A DNA stretch of 64,000 nucleotides from Anaerohalosphaeraceae bacterium (lineage in GTDB: Bacteria; Planctomycetota; Phycisphaerae; Sedimentisphaerales; Anaerohalosphaeraceae): assembly GCA_963675525.2 (NCBI GenBank), contig CAXXSL010000001.1:64001-128000 (forward strand). Direction: 5' to 3'. The position numbers and the translations under genes are program-made. The notes beneath the pieces were generated by a model. The model saw only the letters and a program-made list of their open reading frames with translations. It was not told where the DNA came from and ran no database searches. This document shows positions 1-7,923 of this stretch, piece by piece (position 1 is the stretch's first letter; each line of letters begins with the position of its first letter).

Positions 1-1145
1 TCCCGTGCATCCTTACGGTCTATTTTGAGGGTATAACAGGCATTCCCGTCAATGATACCTCGACCGGAAATGGTTATATTCGAGGAATTCCAGATACCGA
101 TAGCCGGTTCCATGGCTTGCTTGCATTCCTGGAGCCGATTTACCAACAGCGCATCTTCATCCAGGTAGATGTTCAGTTCGCCGTCTGCCCCGTTGCCATT
201 CCAATCTTTGATACATAGACCGGACCAGATGTAAGTGCCTGCGGGAAAGTAGATCGTGTCTAATTCAGAACGTGTTCTTACTTTTTCCAACGCTGCCTGG
301 AATGCCTCAGATAGATCAATTTTAACCCTCACACGCTTATTGGGGAACTGTACGTTTCTTCCACTCTGGCTCACATATTTACCCGCTTCATAATGCCATG
401 TGAATTGCTCGTTGGTGTTTCTGCTTGTATCGGTAACTGTTCCCGGGGGACGACACTCCTGGCCCTCTTGATCAGTGATAGGTTTATTTTTCAGATAGGT
501 CGCGGCGAACTTCTTGAAGTTAAGAACATTGCCGGCATTCAAATCAGGTTTGCCTGTTTCCGGCGGGTCGTTGATGATAGCCAGCATTGGGATGCCTGCC
601 ATCTTCTTATCCGTTAGGCTGCCGTTTATATTGATGATGCAATACGGCAGCTTTTCGGACATGGTAAAGGTCAATGTCTTTTTGTCGCTGCTAACGCTCA
701 GCGCTTCCTGAGGATAGTAACGTTCCGGGTAAATTTCAATACTGTTGATTATCGTATCGTCCTTTAATGTGATCTCGAACTTAGGAGTTCTGTCTTCCGA
801 AGAAAACCGTGCAATATCAAAATTGTAGAACTTGCTGCCATCCGGACCTTTCTTGTACATGTAAACAGAAACAGATGTATCATTTGCAGTCATTTCAAAC
901 TTGGTAGATTCCGGGTACTGTGTGTTCTCTGTAATGTCATCGCTGGCCAGAATGGCAGACTCATCTATCTCTGTTGTGGCAGGATCGTCCCCCGATTTGC
1001 CGTAGTCGTGTACCGCGCCACCCTTACCTTCTGCGGCAAGGTGATTAGCAGGAAATATAGCCAATACGATAAGCGTGGCAATCAGCAACACAAACGCCCT
1101 GGTTTCAGGATTTATGTTCTTTTGAGTTGTATATTTAGTCATCAT
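1..1145 (-). CDS. Secreted right-handed beta-helix glycoside hydrolase-like protein (pectin-lyase fold; GH28/49/87-like), running off the window edge
   Basis: Manually translated open frame not in the ORF track. Signal-like N-terminus (AFVLLIATLIVLAIFPA), motifs DLSEAFQAALEK..TIYFPAGTY and NITISGRGIIDG, AAGGAG RBS upstream. Confidence 0.7.
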   Translation of the reverse strand, partial: MMTKYTTQKNINPETRAFVLLIATLIVLAIFPANHLAAEGKGGAVHDYGKSGDDPATTEIDESAILASDDITENTQYPESTKFEMTANDTSVSVYMYKKGPDGSKFYNFDIARFSSEDRTPKFEITLKDDTIINSIEIYPERYYPQEALSVSSDKKTLTFTMSEKLPYCIININGSLTDKKMAGIPMLAIINDPPETGKPDLNAGNVLNFKKFAATYLKNKPITDQEGQECRPPGTVTDTSRNTNEQFTWHYEAGKYVSQSGRNVQFPNKRVRVKIDLSEAFQAALEKVRTRSELDTIYFPAGTYIWSGLCIKDWNGNGADGELNIYLDEDALLVNRLQECKQAMEPAIGIWNSSNITISGRGIIDGNACYTLKIDRKDAR

Positions 1146-1215
1146 TATAAAGCTCCTTGATTCATAGGTCGCCGCTTTTCAGACAGCGAAGAGACTTGCC
1201 GATGACACATTAATA

Positions 1216-1237
1216 CCCCAAGGGGACTCGAACCCCT
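1216..1237. repeat. att core, left copy (displaced tRNA-Glu 3' fragment)
   Basis: Identical to 9243-9264 inside tRNA-Glu. Confidence 0.95.
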
Positions 1238-1433
1238 TGAACGAGGTATACAAGGAACTTATAACAAAGAACTTACGGAAAGTCAAGCATCTGTCTTGTC
1301 CACTGGCTTGGACAAAACCCTGCAAAAATACCCCGAATTGGGGCATATCATAGCCGCTTGGCCGGAACTGCCCGAACACACCAAAGAAGCAATTACATCA
1401 CTTATTCAAGCTCATAATCAGGAGGTCAAGTAA
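1236..1433 (+). CDS. Displaced C-terminal 65 codons of the integrase (no start codon; in frame with int across att)
   Basis: Stop-free frame LERGIQ...VLSTGLDK...YPELGHIIAAWPELPEHTKEAITSLIQAHNQEVK*, continuing from PRGLEP in the same register as int. Confidence 0.8.
   Translation, partial: LERGIQGTYNKELTESQASVLSTGLDKTLQKYPELGHIIAAWPELPEHTKEAITSLIQAHNQEVK
1292..1317. promoter_or_regulatory. Palindromic putative arm-type recombination site (left)
   Basis: TGTC-TTGTCCA-N6-TGGACAA-AA; near-identical copy at 9124-9149. Confidence 0.65.
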
Positions 1434-1621
1434 TGCTTAATATCAGCAGACGATTAGGTAAAGCTGAAAAGGCACTGAATCTAAGCGGAGAACATATTAC
1501 CGTTAAAATGGTCTGTTATGGTGGTGAATTACCACCTGACCGGACACAAGGCAATATAACTGTTCAATATGTTATGTATGATAAAAAGGAAAATCAATGC
1601 GAAACATTAGCAGGCGAATAA
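1433..1621 (+). CDS. Small element protein (NISRRLxxxE N-terminus)
   Basis: GGAGG RBS, TAATG overlap with the upstream stop, N-terminus similar to the next ORF. Confidence 0.7.
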   Translation: MLNISRRLGKAEKALNLSGEHITVKMVCYGGELPPDRTQGNITVQYVMYDKKENQCETLAGE

Positions 1622-1797
1622 ATACTATCGAACAAAAAATGAATATAGTCTGTCATAGAAAGATGCCAAGGCGGGTTCTTTATCTTTCAAGTAAACAATG
1701 GCAAGAGGACGGGTGTCCAAGGAATTGTGTAATTTTGGGCAAGAAAAACAACAAAAGGCAACCAAAAACAACCAATTCCCCGAAAGTTGAGCGATAA
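1597..1797 (+). CDS. Small element protein, N-terminal paralogue of 1433-1621
   Basis: MRNISRRINTIE vs MLNISRRLGKAE; AAGGA RBS. Confidence 0.55.
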   Translation: MRNISRRINTIEQKMNIVCHRKMPRRVLYLSSKQWQEDGCPRNCVILGKKNNKRQPKTTNSPKVER

Positions 1798-1798
1798 C

Positions 1799-2173
1799 AT
1801 GAGCGAAGCAAAACTTACAGCCCGACAGCTTAAAGCGATACCGCATATCGTCAGCAGTCCTACATATACCGATGGCTGTAAAAAGGCTAAAATCAATAAG
1901 ACCACATTTTATAAGTGGCTAAAAGAGCCTGAGTTTAAGGCCGAACTCGACCGGCAGCGGGACGAGATAGCCGCTGAGGCGTTCGGTGTGCTATCACAGA
2001 GCCTTACTCAAGCGGTTGAGGCTCTTGTGGGCTTGCTGGACAACAAAGACGACCGGCTGAAAAGACTGGCCGCTAAAGACGTAATCGACTTCATTATCCG
2101 GCATAAGGAAAATGAGGACTTGGACGAACGGCTAAAAGAAGTCGAAAAGCTTTTGGCAGATAAAAGACTTTAA
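1799..2173 (+). CDS. phBC6A51-type HTH protein (terminase small subunit-like)
   Basis: LTARQLKAI..CKKAKINKTTFYKWLKEPEF HTH followed by AVEALVGLL..RLAAKDVID helical tail. Confidence 0.7.
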   Translation: MSEAKLTARQLKAIPHIVSSPTYTDGCKKAKINKTTFYKWLKEPEFKAELDRQRDEIAAEAFGVLSQSLTQAVEALVGLLDNKDDRLKRLAAKDVIDFIIRHKENEDLDERLKEVEKLLADKRL

Positions 2174-2485
2174 GACCTACCACAGTGAACCTCTTTTGCA
2201 TTAGTTACTTTGATTGCCAATTGATTTATCTACAGTGAAAGCAGAAAATGGATCAGTCTGATTGAAAACAAAAACGACTTAAGAAAATTGAAGCACAGGC
2301 CGGAACCGAAGAAGACTGGGTAAAACTTCCCGACCCGAACAATCCCGGCAAAATGATTGTGTAATGGTTTCAATTTGGAATTTTATAGTTCTTATTCTGT
2401 ACATGCTAAAAGAACATTTGTGACTATATTTTAAATGTAATATCGTTCTTTGACAAGTTAAAAGGTCGGCTGGGGGGAAGTAAAA

Positions 2486-3196
2486 TTAGTCAAAAGGATT
2501 TTGGTAAAGCTCTGATTCTTTCACTTCAAAGTTATGCCCATATTTTTTGCTTACACCTTCAATTAATTTCTTGAGCCACATAGAAGTCTTTGGCGCGATA
2601 TACACTTTTTGGATAAGAATGTCGAGGTCAATTTTTATTTTTATTCCATTGGAACCCTGGTTTTCTATGATTATCGACCGGAGTTCTTTTTCGTGGCTGA
2701 AAGATGGATGTTTTAATCTTGCCGCATCTAAGGTACTGTAAGATTTTCCTGTTTTGTGAGTGGGCGTACCAACATGGTTGTTACTATATGCTACTTTGGC
2801 GATATACACTTCATGCGGACACCCGGCAAGAGCTTTTTTGAGCCTTCCAGATATAGATTTAATGGCAATTCCTTCATTGCTTTTAAGGTACAATTTCCAT
2901 AAAGCAGCAGATTCTACTTTGTTCATATGCCAGCAGTTAGCATATGTTATGGCTTTGTTGACATTGAAGAGATTTTCGATACCTTTAGGGATAGATGGGT
3001 CTTTTTCTTTTATCAGCTTACGAAGTGGTTTACTTGTGACATTCCAGAAGGAAGAATCGAGGGGGTCTTCAAACCGCATCGAATTGCAAAAAAACAGTGT
3101 CTTGGTGTGCAGTAAATCCACATATTTGGTGAAATCCATATATCGCCAAATCGTTATATTGTCGGACACATCTGATATTATATTACTGTTTATCAT
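2486..3196 (-). CDS. DUF2971-like cargo protein
   Basis: IWRYMDF..FEDP..CWHMNKVESAALWKLY..K...FSHEKELR..VYIAP motif series. Confidence 0.75.
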   Translation of the reverse strand: MINSNIISDVSDNITIWRYMDFTKYVDLLHTKTLFFCNSMRFEDPLDSSFWNVTSKPLRKLIKEKDPSIPKGIENLFNVNKAITYANCWHMNKVESAALWKLYLKSNEGIAIKSISGRLKKALAGCPHEVYIAKVAYSNNHVGTPTHKTGKSYSTLDAARLKHPSFSHEKELRSIIIENQGSNGIKIKIDLDILIQKVYIAPKTSMWLKKLIEGVSKKYGHNFEVKESELYQNPFD

Positions 3197-3258
3197 ATTT
3201 AGAGATTGTATTGTTTCGGAAATTATAGCCTGGCGGCTGGATTAGGCAAGGGAAAAAC

Positions 3259-3798
3259 CTATCGGCTCCGTTTGAGCCTAAGGGCTAAACCGCCTAAACC
3301 CAAAAGTAAAAGTGTGCAGGGTTCGGGGACAAGTATCCAATTGCCCGGTTCATCAGGTCCAACTTTGGCTAATGTAGAGCTGACAGGTGGGAAAATTCCT
3401 ACTAAGTCAATAGATGCTGTATGAGATGGTAAATGGTTATCGTCAAATGTTGTCTCAATGAATATTTCATCGCTAAGAAAAATATAGAAATTCCATAAGG
3501 TAAATGTTGAATAGTCATTTGATAGTGTGGCAGATAAAGGTATTGTTTCAATATTTGCAGTATTTGAACTTAATGTTGTTGGTCCTGCTGTAAATGACCA
3601 GTTCAAAAAATCTGTTACAATTAATCCCTCTAAGGGTATATCTATTTCGACAAAACCCGTTATTCTGAAACCCTCATATAACGGAGTCGCATCGGTAAAA
3701 ACATTTCCTGTGTATTCATATATAAGAGATGAATGTACAACATTTGTTGTTAAACTCAATATTGAGAAAAGTACAATTAGCTTTTTCATCTTCCCCAT
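3259..3798 (-). CDS. PEP-CTERM sorting-domain protein
   Basis: Signal peptide; C-terminal VPEPCTLLLLGLGGLAL + RLKRSR. Confidence 0.92.
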   Translation of the reverse strand: MGKMKKLIVLFSILSLTTNVVHSSLIYEYTGNVFTDATPLYEGFRITGFVEIDIPLEGLIVTDFLNWSFTAGPTTLSSNTANIETIPLSATLSNDYSTFTLWNFYIFLSDEIFIETTFDDNHLPSHTASIDLVGIFPPVSSTLAKVGPDEPGNWILVPEPCTLLLLGLGGLALRLKRSR

Positions 3799-3811
3799 CC
3801 TCCATTAAATG

Positions 3812-4480
3812 TTATCGTTTTCTAATCAATATGCCACTCATGCCCAACAGCAGAAGTGTGGTAGGTTCTGGGACAGCTATTACTGCTGCTGAGAGGTCGT
3901 TCTCTTCAATAGGTATCGCAAAGCTTGTATTGTCAAGCCACCTGCCCGTCAACGTGCCCGTGCCCAATATTGTTTGGCCATCAATATCCCATGAAAGACC
4001 ACCAAATAGTTCAAAGTCAGAACCTTCTATAATAACAGTGCTGTTACTGTGAGCGTGGAGACCGGCCAAGCTACCGCCGGAAATATTTAGCTGGCTGTTG
4101 CCATAAGTCACCCAAGCACCTACCGAACCACTGGATATTGTTACTTGGCTATTCTGATCCGATGATGAAGCTCCAATTACTGAACCCCCGGATATTGCTA
4201 CCTGGCCGTTATTTTGGGCTCTCAAATAGCTTACTGAACCAGATATTGTTGCCTGGCTTGTATCGTTTATCCACAAATAGTATATCAAACTTCCGGGTAA
4301 GATTTCGACTGTTGTTGGAAATCCAGAAGATGAGTTTCGCACCACGACATCATCATCAATCGAATAGCCAATATTGTGTGCTCCGCCATCTTCAAAATAA
4401 ATAACCGCCCTTGCTTCTGGAAAACAAACACATAAAGCCACTAGCATTGATAATAGAAATGTTCTTTTCATCTTCCCCAT
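3812..4480 (-). CDS. PEP-CTERM sorting-domain protein with ISGGS beta-repeats
   Basis: Signal peptide; VPEPTTLLLLGMSGILIRKR. Confidence 0.92.
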   Translation of the reverse strand: MGKMKRTFLLSMLVALCVCFPEARAVIYFEDGGAHNIGYSIDDDVVVRNSSSGFPTTVEILPGSLIYYLWINDTSQATISGSVSYLRAQNNGQVAISGGSVIGASSSDQNSQVTISSGSVGAWVTYGNSQLNISGGSLAGLHAHSNSTVIIEGSDFELFGGLSWDIDGQTILGTGTLTGRWLDNTSFAIPIEENDLSAAVIAVPEPTTLLLLGMSGILIRKR

Positions 4481-4570
4481 CCTCCAAAATATGCGTTTCC
4501 TTCAATTTTCTCCGATGGTTTGATTATAGCGAATCAGGATACGGATAATCAACGAAAAAGGGGGGAATCC

Positions 4571-4598
4571 TTGTAATACTGCCCAAATCCGGTATAAT
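4571..4598 (+). promoter_or_regulatory. Putative sigma70 promoter
   Basis: TTGTAA-16nt-TATAAT upstream of the structured leader and the 4722 gene. Confidence 0.5.
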
Positions 4599-4623
4599 TA
4601 CGGGTACAAACAAGCTTTTTATG

Positions 4624-4706
4624 TCGGGACGGCAGGCCGTACACCTGCCAAGCAGCACAATCGGGGTAATGTACACCTGTCCGTTATCCTGCTTGTGCCG
4701 ACCCGA
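4624..4706 (+). ncRNA. Candidate structured RNA (c4/CI antisense-like)
   Basis: Closing stem TCGGGACGGCA/TGCCGACCCGA, inner hairpins GGCAGG/CCTGCC and GGGTAATG/CGTTATCC, GTACACCTG present twice. Confidence 0.45.
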
Positions 4707-4721
4707 AGAAAGACAGGTAAA

Positions 4722-5375
4722 ATGACGAATCCATCATTACTTGACTATATGCAACTTGCAAAACGTTTCTATGCAGACCTCAATGTTTATACTCAAACAC
4801 AAACTGAAACTGATTTATATAAAAAATCAGATAAGGTAAATACAACATATCTGAAAGCCAACATTGATTCGTTGGGGGATGTAGTCTTTGGTCTTCAACA
4901 GGACGGCTATGCAGACAAAGCAACAGCTTTGGTAATAGCTGTTGAGAATGTTCGTAGGGCCGTAAAAAATCACGACAACGGGAAGACTACAGGGACAGAG
5001 GTGAAAGTACATGTCGCTCATCTTATCAAACAATTAACTGCTTTATGTCGTCCGACAGCACCCCAAATATCTACAGAACCAATGCAAAATAAGCAGACTG
5101 CAATAGAAAATAAACAGTGTTGGCATAATCCAGATTTTACGTCGGTCGTTTGGTACGGCATTGAATATTGCTTTAACAAAACACAAGGGAAAATCATCAA
5201 TTACCTTTGGCAGAATGAAACTGCAACAGAAATAAAGTTGGGTGAAATTATCGGCACAGCGGCAGGAATCTATCGGCTAAAAGATACTTTCCGAAACAAA
5301 GAAGGCTATCATTGTGCTTGGGGAAAAATGATAGTAAAAGCAGGAAAAGGCTGTTTCATGCTAAATAAATCATAA
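4722..5375 (+). CDS. Putative regulator with C-terminal winged-helix domain
   Basis: C-terminal DFTSVVWYG.EY.F.KTQGKII.YLW...RLKDTF...GKG.F pattern is wHTH-like; ACAGGT RBS-like sequence. Confidence 0.55.
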   Translation: MTNPSLLDYMQLAKRFYADLNVYTQTQTETDLYKKSDKVNTTYLKANIDSLGDVVFGLQQDGYADKATALVIAVENVRRAVKNHDNGKTTGTEVKVHVAHLIKQLTALCRPTAPQISTEPMQNKQTAIENKQCWHNPDFTSVVWYGIEYCFNKTQGKIINYLWQNETATEIKLGEIIGTAAGIYRLKDTFRNKEGYHCAWGKMIVKAGKGCFMLNKS

Positions 5376-5383
5376 AGACGGCC

Positions 5384-5418
5384 CCCCACAAAACCCCACT
5401 AAAACCCCACAAAACCCC
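5384..5418 (+). repeat. Four phased CCCCAC-AAAA direct repeats
   Basis: CCCC starts at 5384, 5394, 5405 and 5415. Confidence 0.85.
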
Positions 5419-5458
5419 TTTTTGTTTTTCAACGACTATATGATTTACTATAGTCATA

Positions 5459-5659
5459 ATGAAAGATGAAAACTCGAATCTGATAAATTTACTTGGCTTA
5501 GCCGGAGAGCTTCAACTTCCTGCCGTATGGCTAAAAGAGCAAGCATTAAAGGGCTTTATTCCCTGTCTGTTCATCGGCAAAAAAATCCGATTCAATGTAG
5601 ATGCTGTCAAAACAGTATTAGCAGACTTGGCAGCAAAGGGGGCTAACTATGAAGACTGA
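5459..5659 (+). CDS. Small excisionase-like DNA-binding protein
   Basis: LAGELQLPAVWLKEQA..G.IP.L.IGKKIRFN resembles a Xis/HTH_17 wing. Confidence 0.65.
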   Translation: MKDENSNLINLLGLAGELQLPAVWLKEQALKGFIPCLFIGKKIRFNVDAVKTVLADLAAKGANYED

Positions 5660-5894
5660 AGCCCCCACAATCCAGCCTGCACTTTTGACGATTCCACAAG
5701 TCTGTCAATACCTGAATATCGCACGTCCAACATTCTACAAAATCAATCAAACGGGGGCTTTTGGCCTGTTACCTATTAAGCTGGGAACTTGTCGTAAAGT
5801 TTTGTACTCACGCGCGGAACTTGAAGCATTTTTGCGGGCGGGCTGTCCGCATAGAAAAATATGGCAAACACAAAAAAAGGATTTTATGAAATGA
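5649..5894 (+). CDS. Excisionase/AlpA-like HTH protein
   Basis: LLTIPQVCQYLNIARPTFY..PIKLG.RKVLYSRAELEAF. Confidence 0.8.
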   Translation: MKTEAPTIQPALLTIPQVCQYLNIARPTFYKINQTGAFGLLPIKLGTCRKVLYSRAELEAFLRAGCPHRKIWQTQKKDFMK

Positions 5895-6112
5895 GGCTAA
5901 AGATGATTCCAGAAAAAGAAAAAGCCGTTGCGATAACAACGGCCATGAACAACAAACTACAACTTAAAACATACAGCAAAACCGCATTTCTGTCAAGCCA
6001 AAAAGAGCAGATGGGCCAATTATTGTTTGCACTTGTAGGGGATACTGCCGACCGGCAAGGATGGGTTCTATTTGAGCGGTTCTTGGGTGGATACTACAAA
6101 GGGGCGCGATAA
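5891..6112 (+). CDS. Hypothetical element protein
   Basis: Coupled to both neighbours by ATGA and TAATG overlaps. Confidence 0.55.
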   Translation: MRLKMIPEKEKAVAITTAMNNKLQLKTYSKTAFLSSQKEQMGQLLFALVGDTADRQGWVLFERFLGGYYKGAR

Positions 6113-7338
6113 TGAGTAATCCTTTGTTGAATGAAGCTCTGGAATGCCACGGGCGCAAGTGGTGTATTATCTCTGTGCCTTATGGCAAAAAGAAGCCGGT
6201 TATTAAATGGGGCATTTATCAAAAGACCCGCCCGGATGAAAATACTATCCGGCAATGGTTTTCAGGCGATAAGGCGAATATAGCGGTCTTATTGGGTGAA
6301 ATCAGCGGCGGTCTTACCTGTCTTGATTTTGACGATATGCAGGGCTATGAACAGTGGAAACAAGCCAATCCTTCACTTGCCGCTAAATTGCCGACTGTTA
6401 AAACATCTCGTGGTATGCATGTTTATTTTCAGTCAACACTAACAAAAACCCAAAAGATGGAAAAACTTGATATAAAAGCGTCTGGATATTGTATGCTGCC
6501 CCCATCGCTTCACCCTGACGGAAAAACCATTTACAGGTGGTTGATTCAGCCAAACGGGGATATACCTGAACTGACTTTATCTGAATTAGGTATAGACCAT
6601 TTAACAGAAGAAACAGACGCTATTGCTTCACTTTCTTCACTGTCATCACATTCCTCACTGTCTTCACATTCTTCACCTTCTTCTGTAAAGTCAATCAATA
6701 AAGAAATAGTTATCTTTGAAAAACTGGATGATAAGATTCAACATTATGTAAATATGGCCGTAAAATGTACTTTGCCGAGCAAAACAGGTTATCGCAATTT
6801 CTTGATTTTTCAGTTTTGCCGATGGTTAAAAGGACATTCTGAATTTGAAAAGCTCACTGCCGGACAACTAAAGCCACTGGTTAGACTCTGGCATGGACGG
6901 GCATTGCCTTTTATCGGTACTCAGGAATTTGACGTAACATGGGCCGATTTTGCTTATGGATGGAAACGAGTCAAATATCCGAAGGGAAACGGAGCATTGA
7001 AAACAGCGGTAGAAACAGCATTGAACGCAGAAAATCTTATCCCTGCCGAGGAAATATATGAAAAGCCCGAAATGAGATTATTGGTAAGGATTTGCTTTGA
7101 ACTCCAGAAATTACAGGAAAAAGAGCCGTTTTGGTTGTCTTGGAATGATGCGGCTTTGATATTGGGGGTATCTACACCAACGGCGGGGAAATGGCTCTGT
7201 ATGCTTGAGGCTGATAGTGTAGTTCAAAAGGTTGAAGGGCACACCCATATAAAAGCGGCAAGATATATATATTTATTGGAGATTGAAAATTTTATTGAAA
7301 AAGAACTTGACAGAAATACGGAATACCGTACAATATGA
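6112..7338 (+). CDS. Bifunctional DNA primase/polymerase (Prim-Pol) replication protein with C-terminal HTH
   Basis: KKP.IKW..YQ, NIAVLLG..SGGLTCLDFD, VKTSRGMHVYF, YCMLPPSLHPDG motifs. Confidence 0.88.
   Translation: MSNPLLNEALECHGRKWCIISVPYGKKKPVIKWGIYQKTRPDENTIRQWFSGDKANIAVLLGEISGGLTCLDFDDMQGYEQWKQANPSLAAKLPTVKTSRGMHVYFQSTLTKTQKMEKLDIKASGYCMLPPSLHPDGKTIYRWLIQPNGDIPELTLSELGIDHLTEETDAIASLSSLSSHSSLSSHSSPSSVKSINKEIVIFEKLDDKIQHYVNMAVKCTLPSKTGYRNFLIFQFCRWLKGHSEFEKLTAGQLKPLVRLWHGRALPFIGTQEFDVTWADFAYGWKRVKYPKGNGALKTAVETALNAENLIPAEEIYEKPEMRLLVRICFELQKLQEKEPFWLSWNDAALILGVSTPTAGKWLCMLEADSVVQKVEGHTHIKAARYIYLLEIENFIEKELDRNTEYRTI
7307..7334 (+). promoter_or_regulatory. Sigma70 promoter with operator palindrome
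   Basis: TTGACA-16-TACAAT with TACGG-AATA-CCGTA in the spacer, just before ATG 7343. Confidence 0.7.
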
Positions 7339-7342
7339 GTAT

Positions 7343-7558
7343 ATGACAATGATTAGAAAAGCAATTCTGAAACGCATGGGTGAACTGAAAATGAACCCTA
7401 ACCAGTTATCCGAAATACTCAAGGGCAGTATCCCCCGTATGACAATCTATGATTTCTTATCTGGTAAAAGTGATGCACGTTCGGAAGTTGTGGGGGAAAT
7501 AATGAAAGCCCTTGGGCTTGAAATTGTGTCCAAAAGTGCTAAAAGAAAAGGCAGGTGA
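7343..7558 (+). CDS. XRE/Cro-like HTH regulator
   Basis: MNPNQLSE..IPRMTIYDFLSGKSDA..IMKALGL. Confidence 0.8.
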   Translation: MTMIRKAILKRMGELKMNPNQLSEILKGSIPRMTIYDFLSGKSDARSEVVGEIMKALGLEIVSKSAKRKGR

Positions 7559-7561
7559 AGC

Positions 7562-7900
7562 ATGACGAACAGAGAAATTGAGAACAAAAAAAATGAGTTG
7601 ATTAGAATTGTTAATATGTCAAGCGGGACGGAAAATCAACGCATGAAGGAACTACGTAAGTTGGCATTAGATGTAGGAGCAAGTCATAAAACTGTAGATG
7701 GCAACCGGAATGCTAATGAAGCAGAATTGGTTGTCGGTATTCAAACCGCATTGCAAACAGCGTTGATGCTTAATTCCTGTAAGAGTTCAACAATGGCTTG
7801 GATTATAGCAATAATTTCTGTGGGCATAGCTCTAATCTCTACATTAGTTTCAGGACTTAGTGCGGTTGCAGCTTGGGTTGCGGTTTTTGTGAATGAATGA
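7562..7900 (+). CDS. Hypothetical protein with C-terminal transmembrane segment
   Basis: Hydrophobic C-terminus; GCAGGTG RBS. Confidence 0.7.
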   Translation: MTNREIENKKNELIRIVNMSSGTENQRMKELRKLALDVGASHKTVDGNRNANEAELVVGIQTALQTALMLNSCKSSTMAWIIAIISVGIALISTLVSGLSAVAAWVAVFVNE

Positions 7901-7923
7901 TAAAACGAAAAGGCAGGTGAAAA

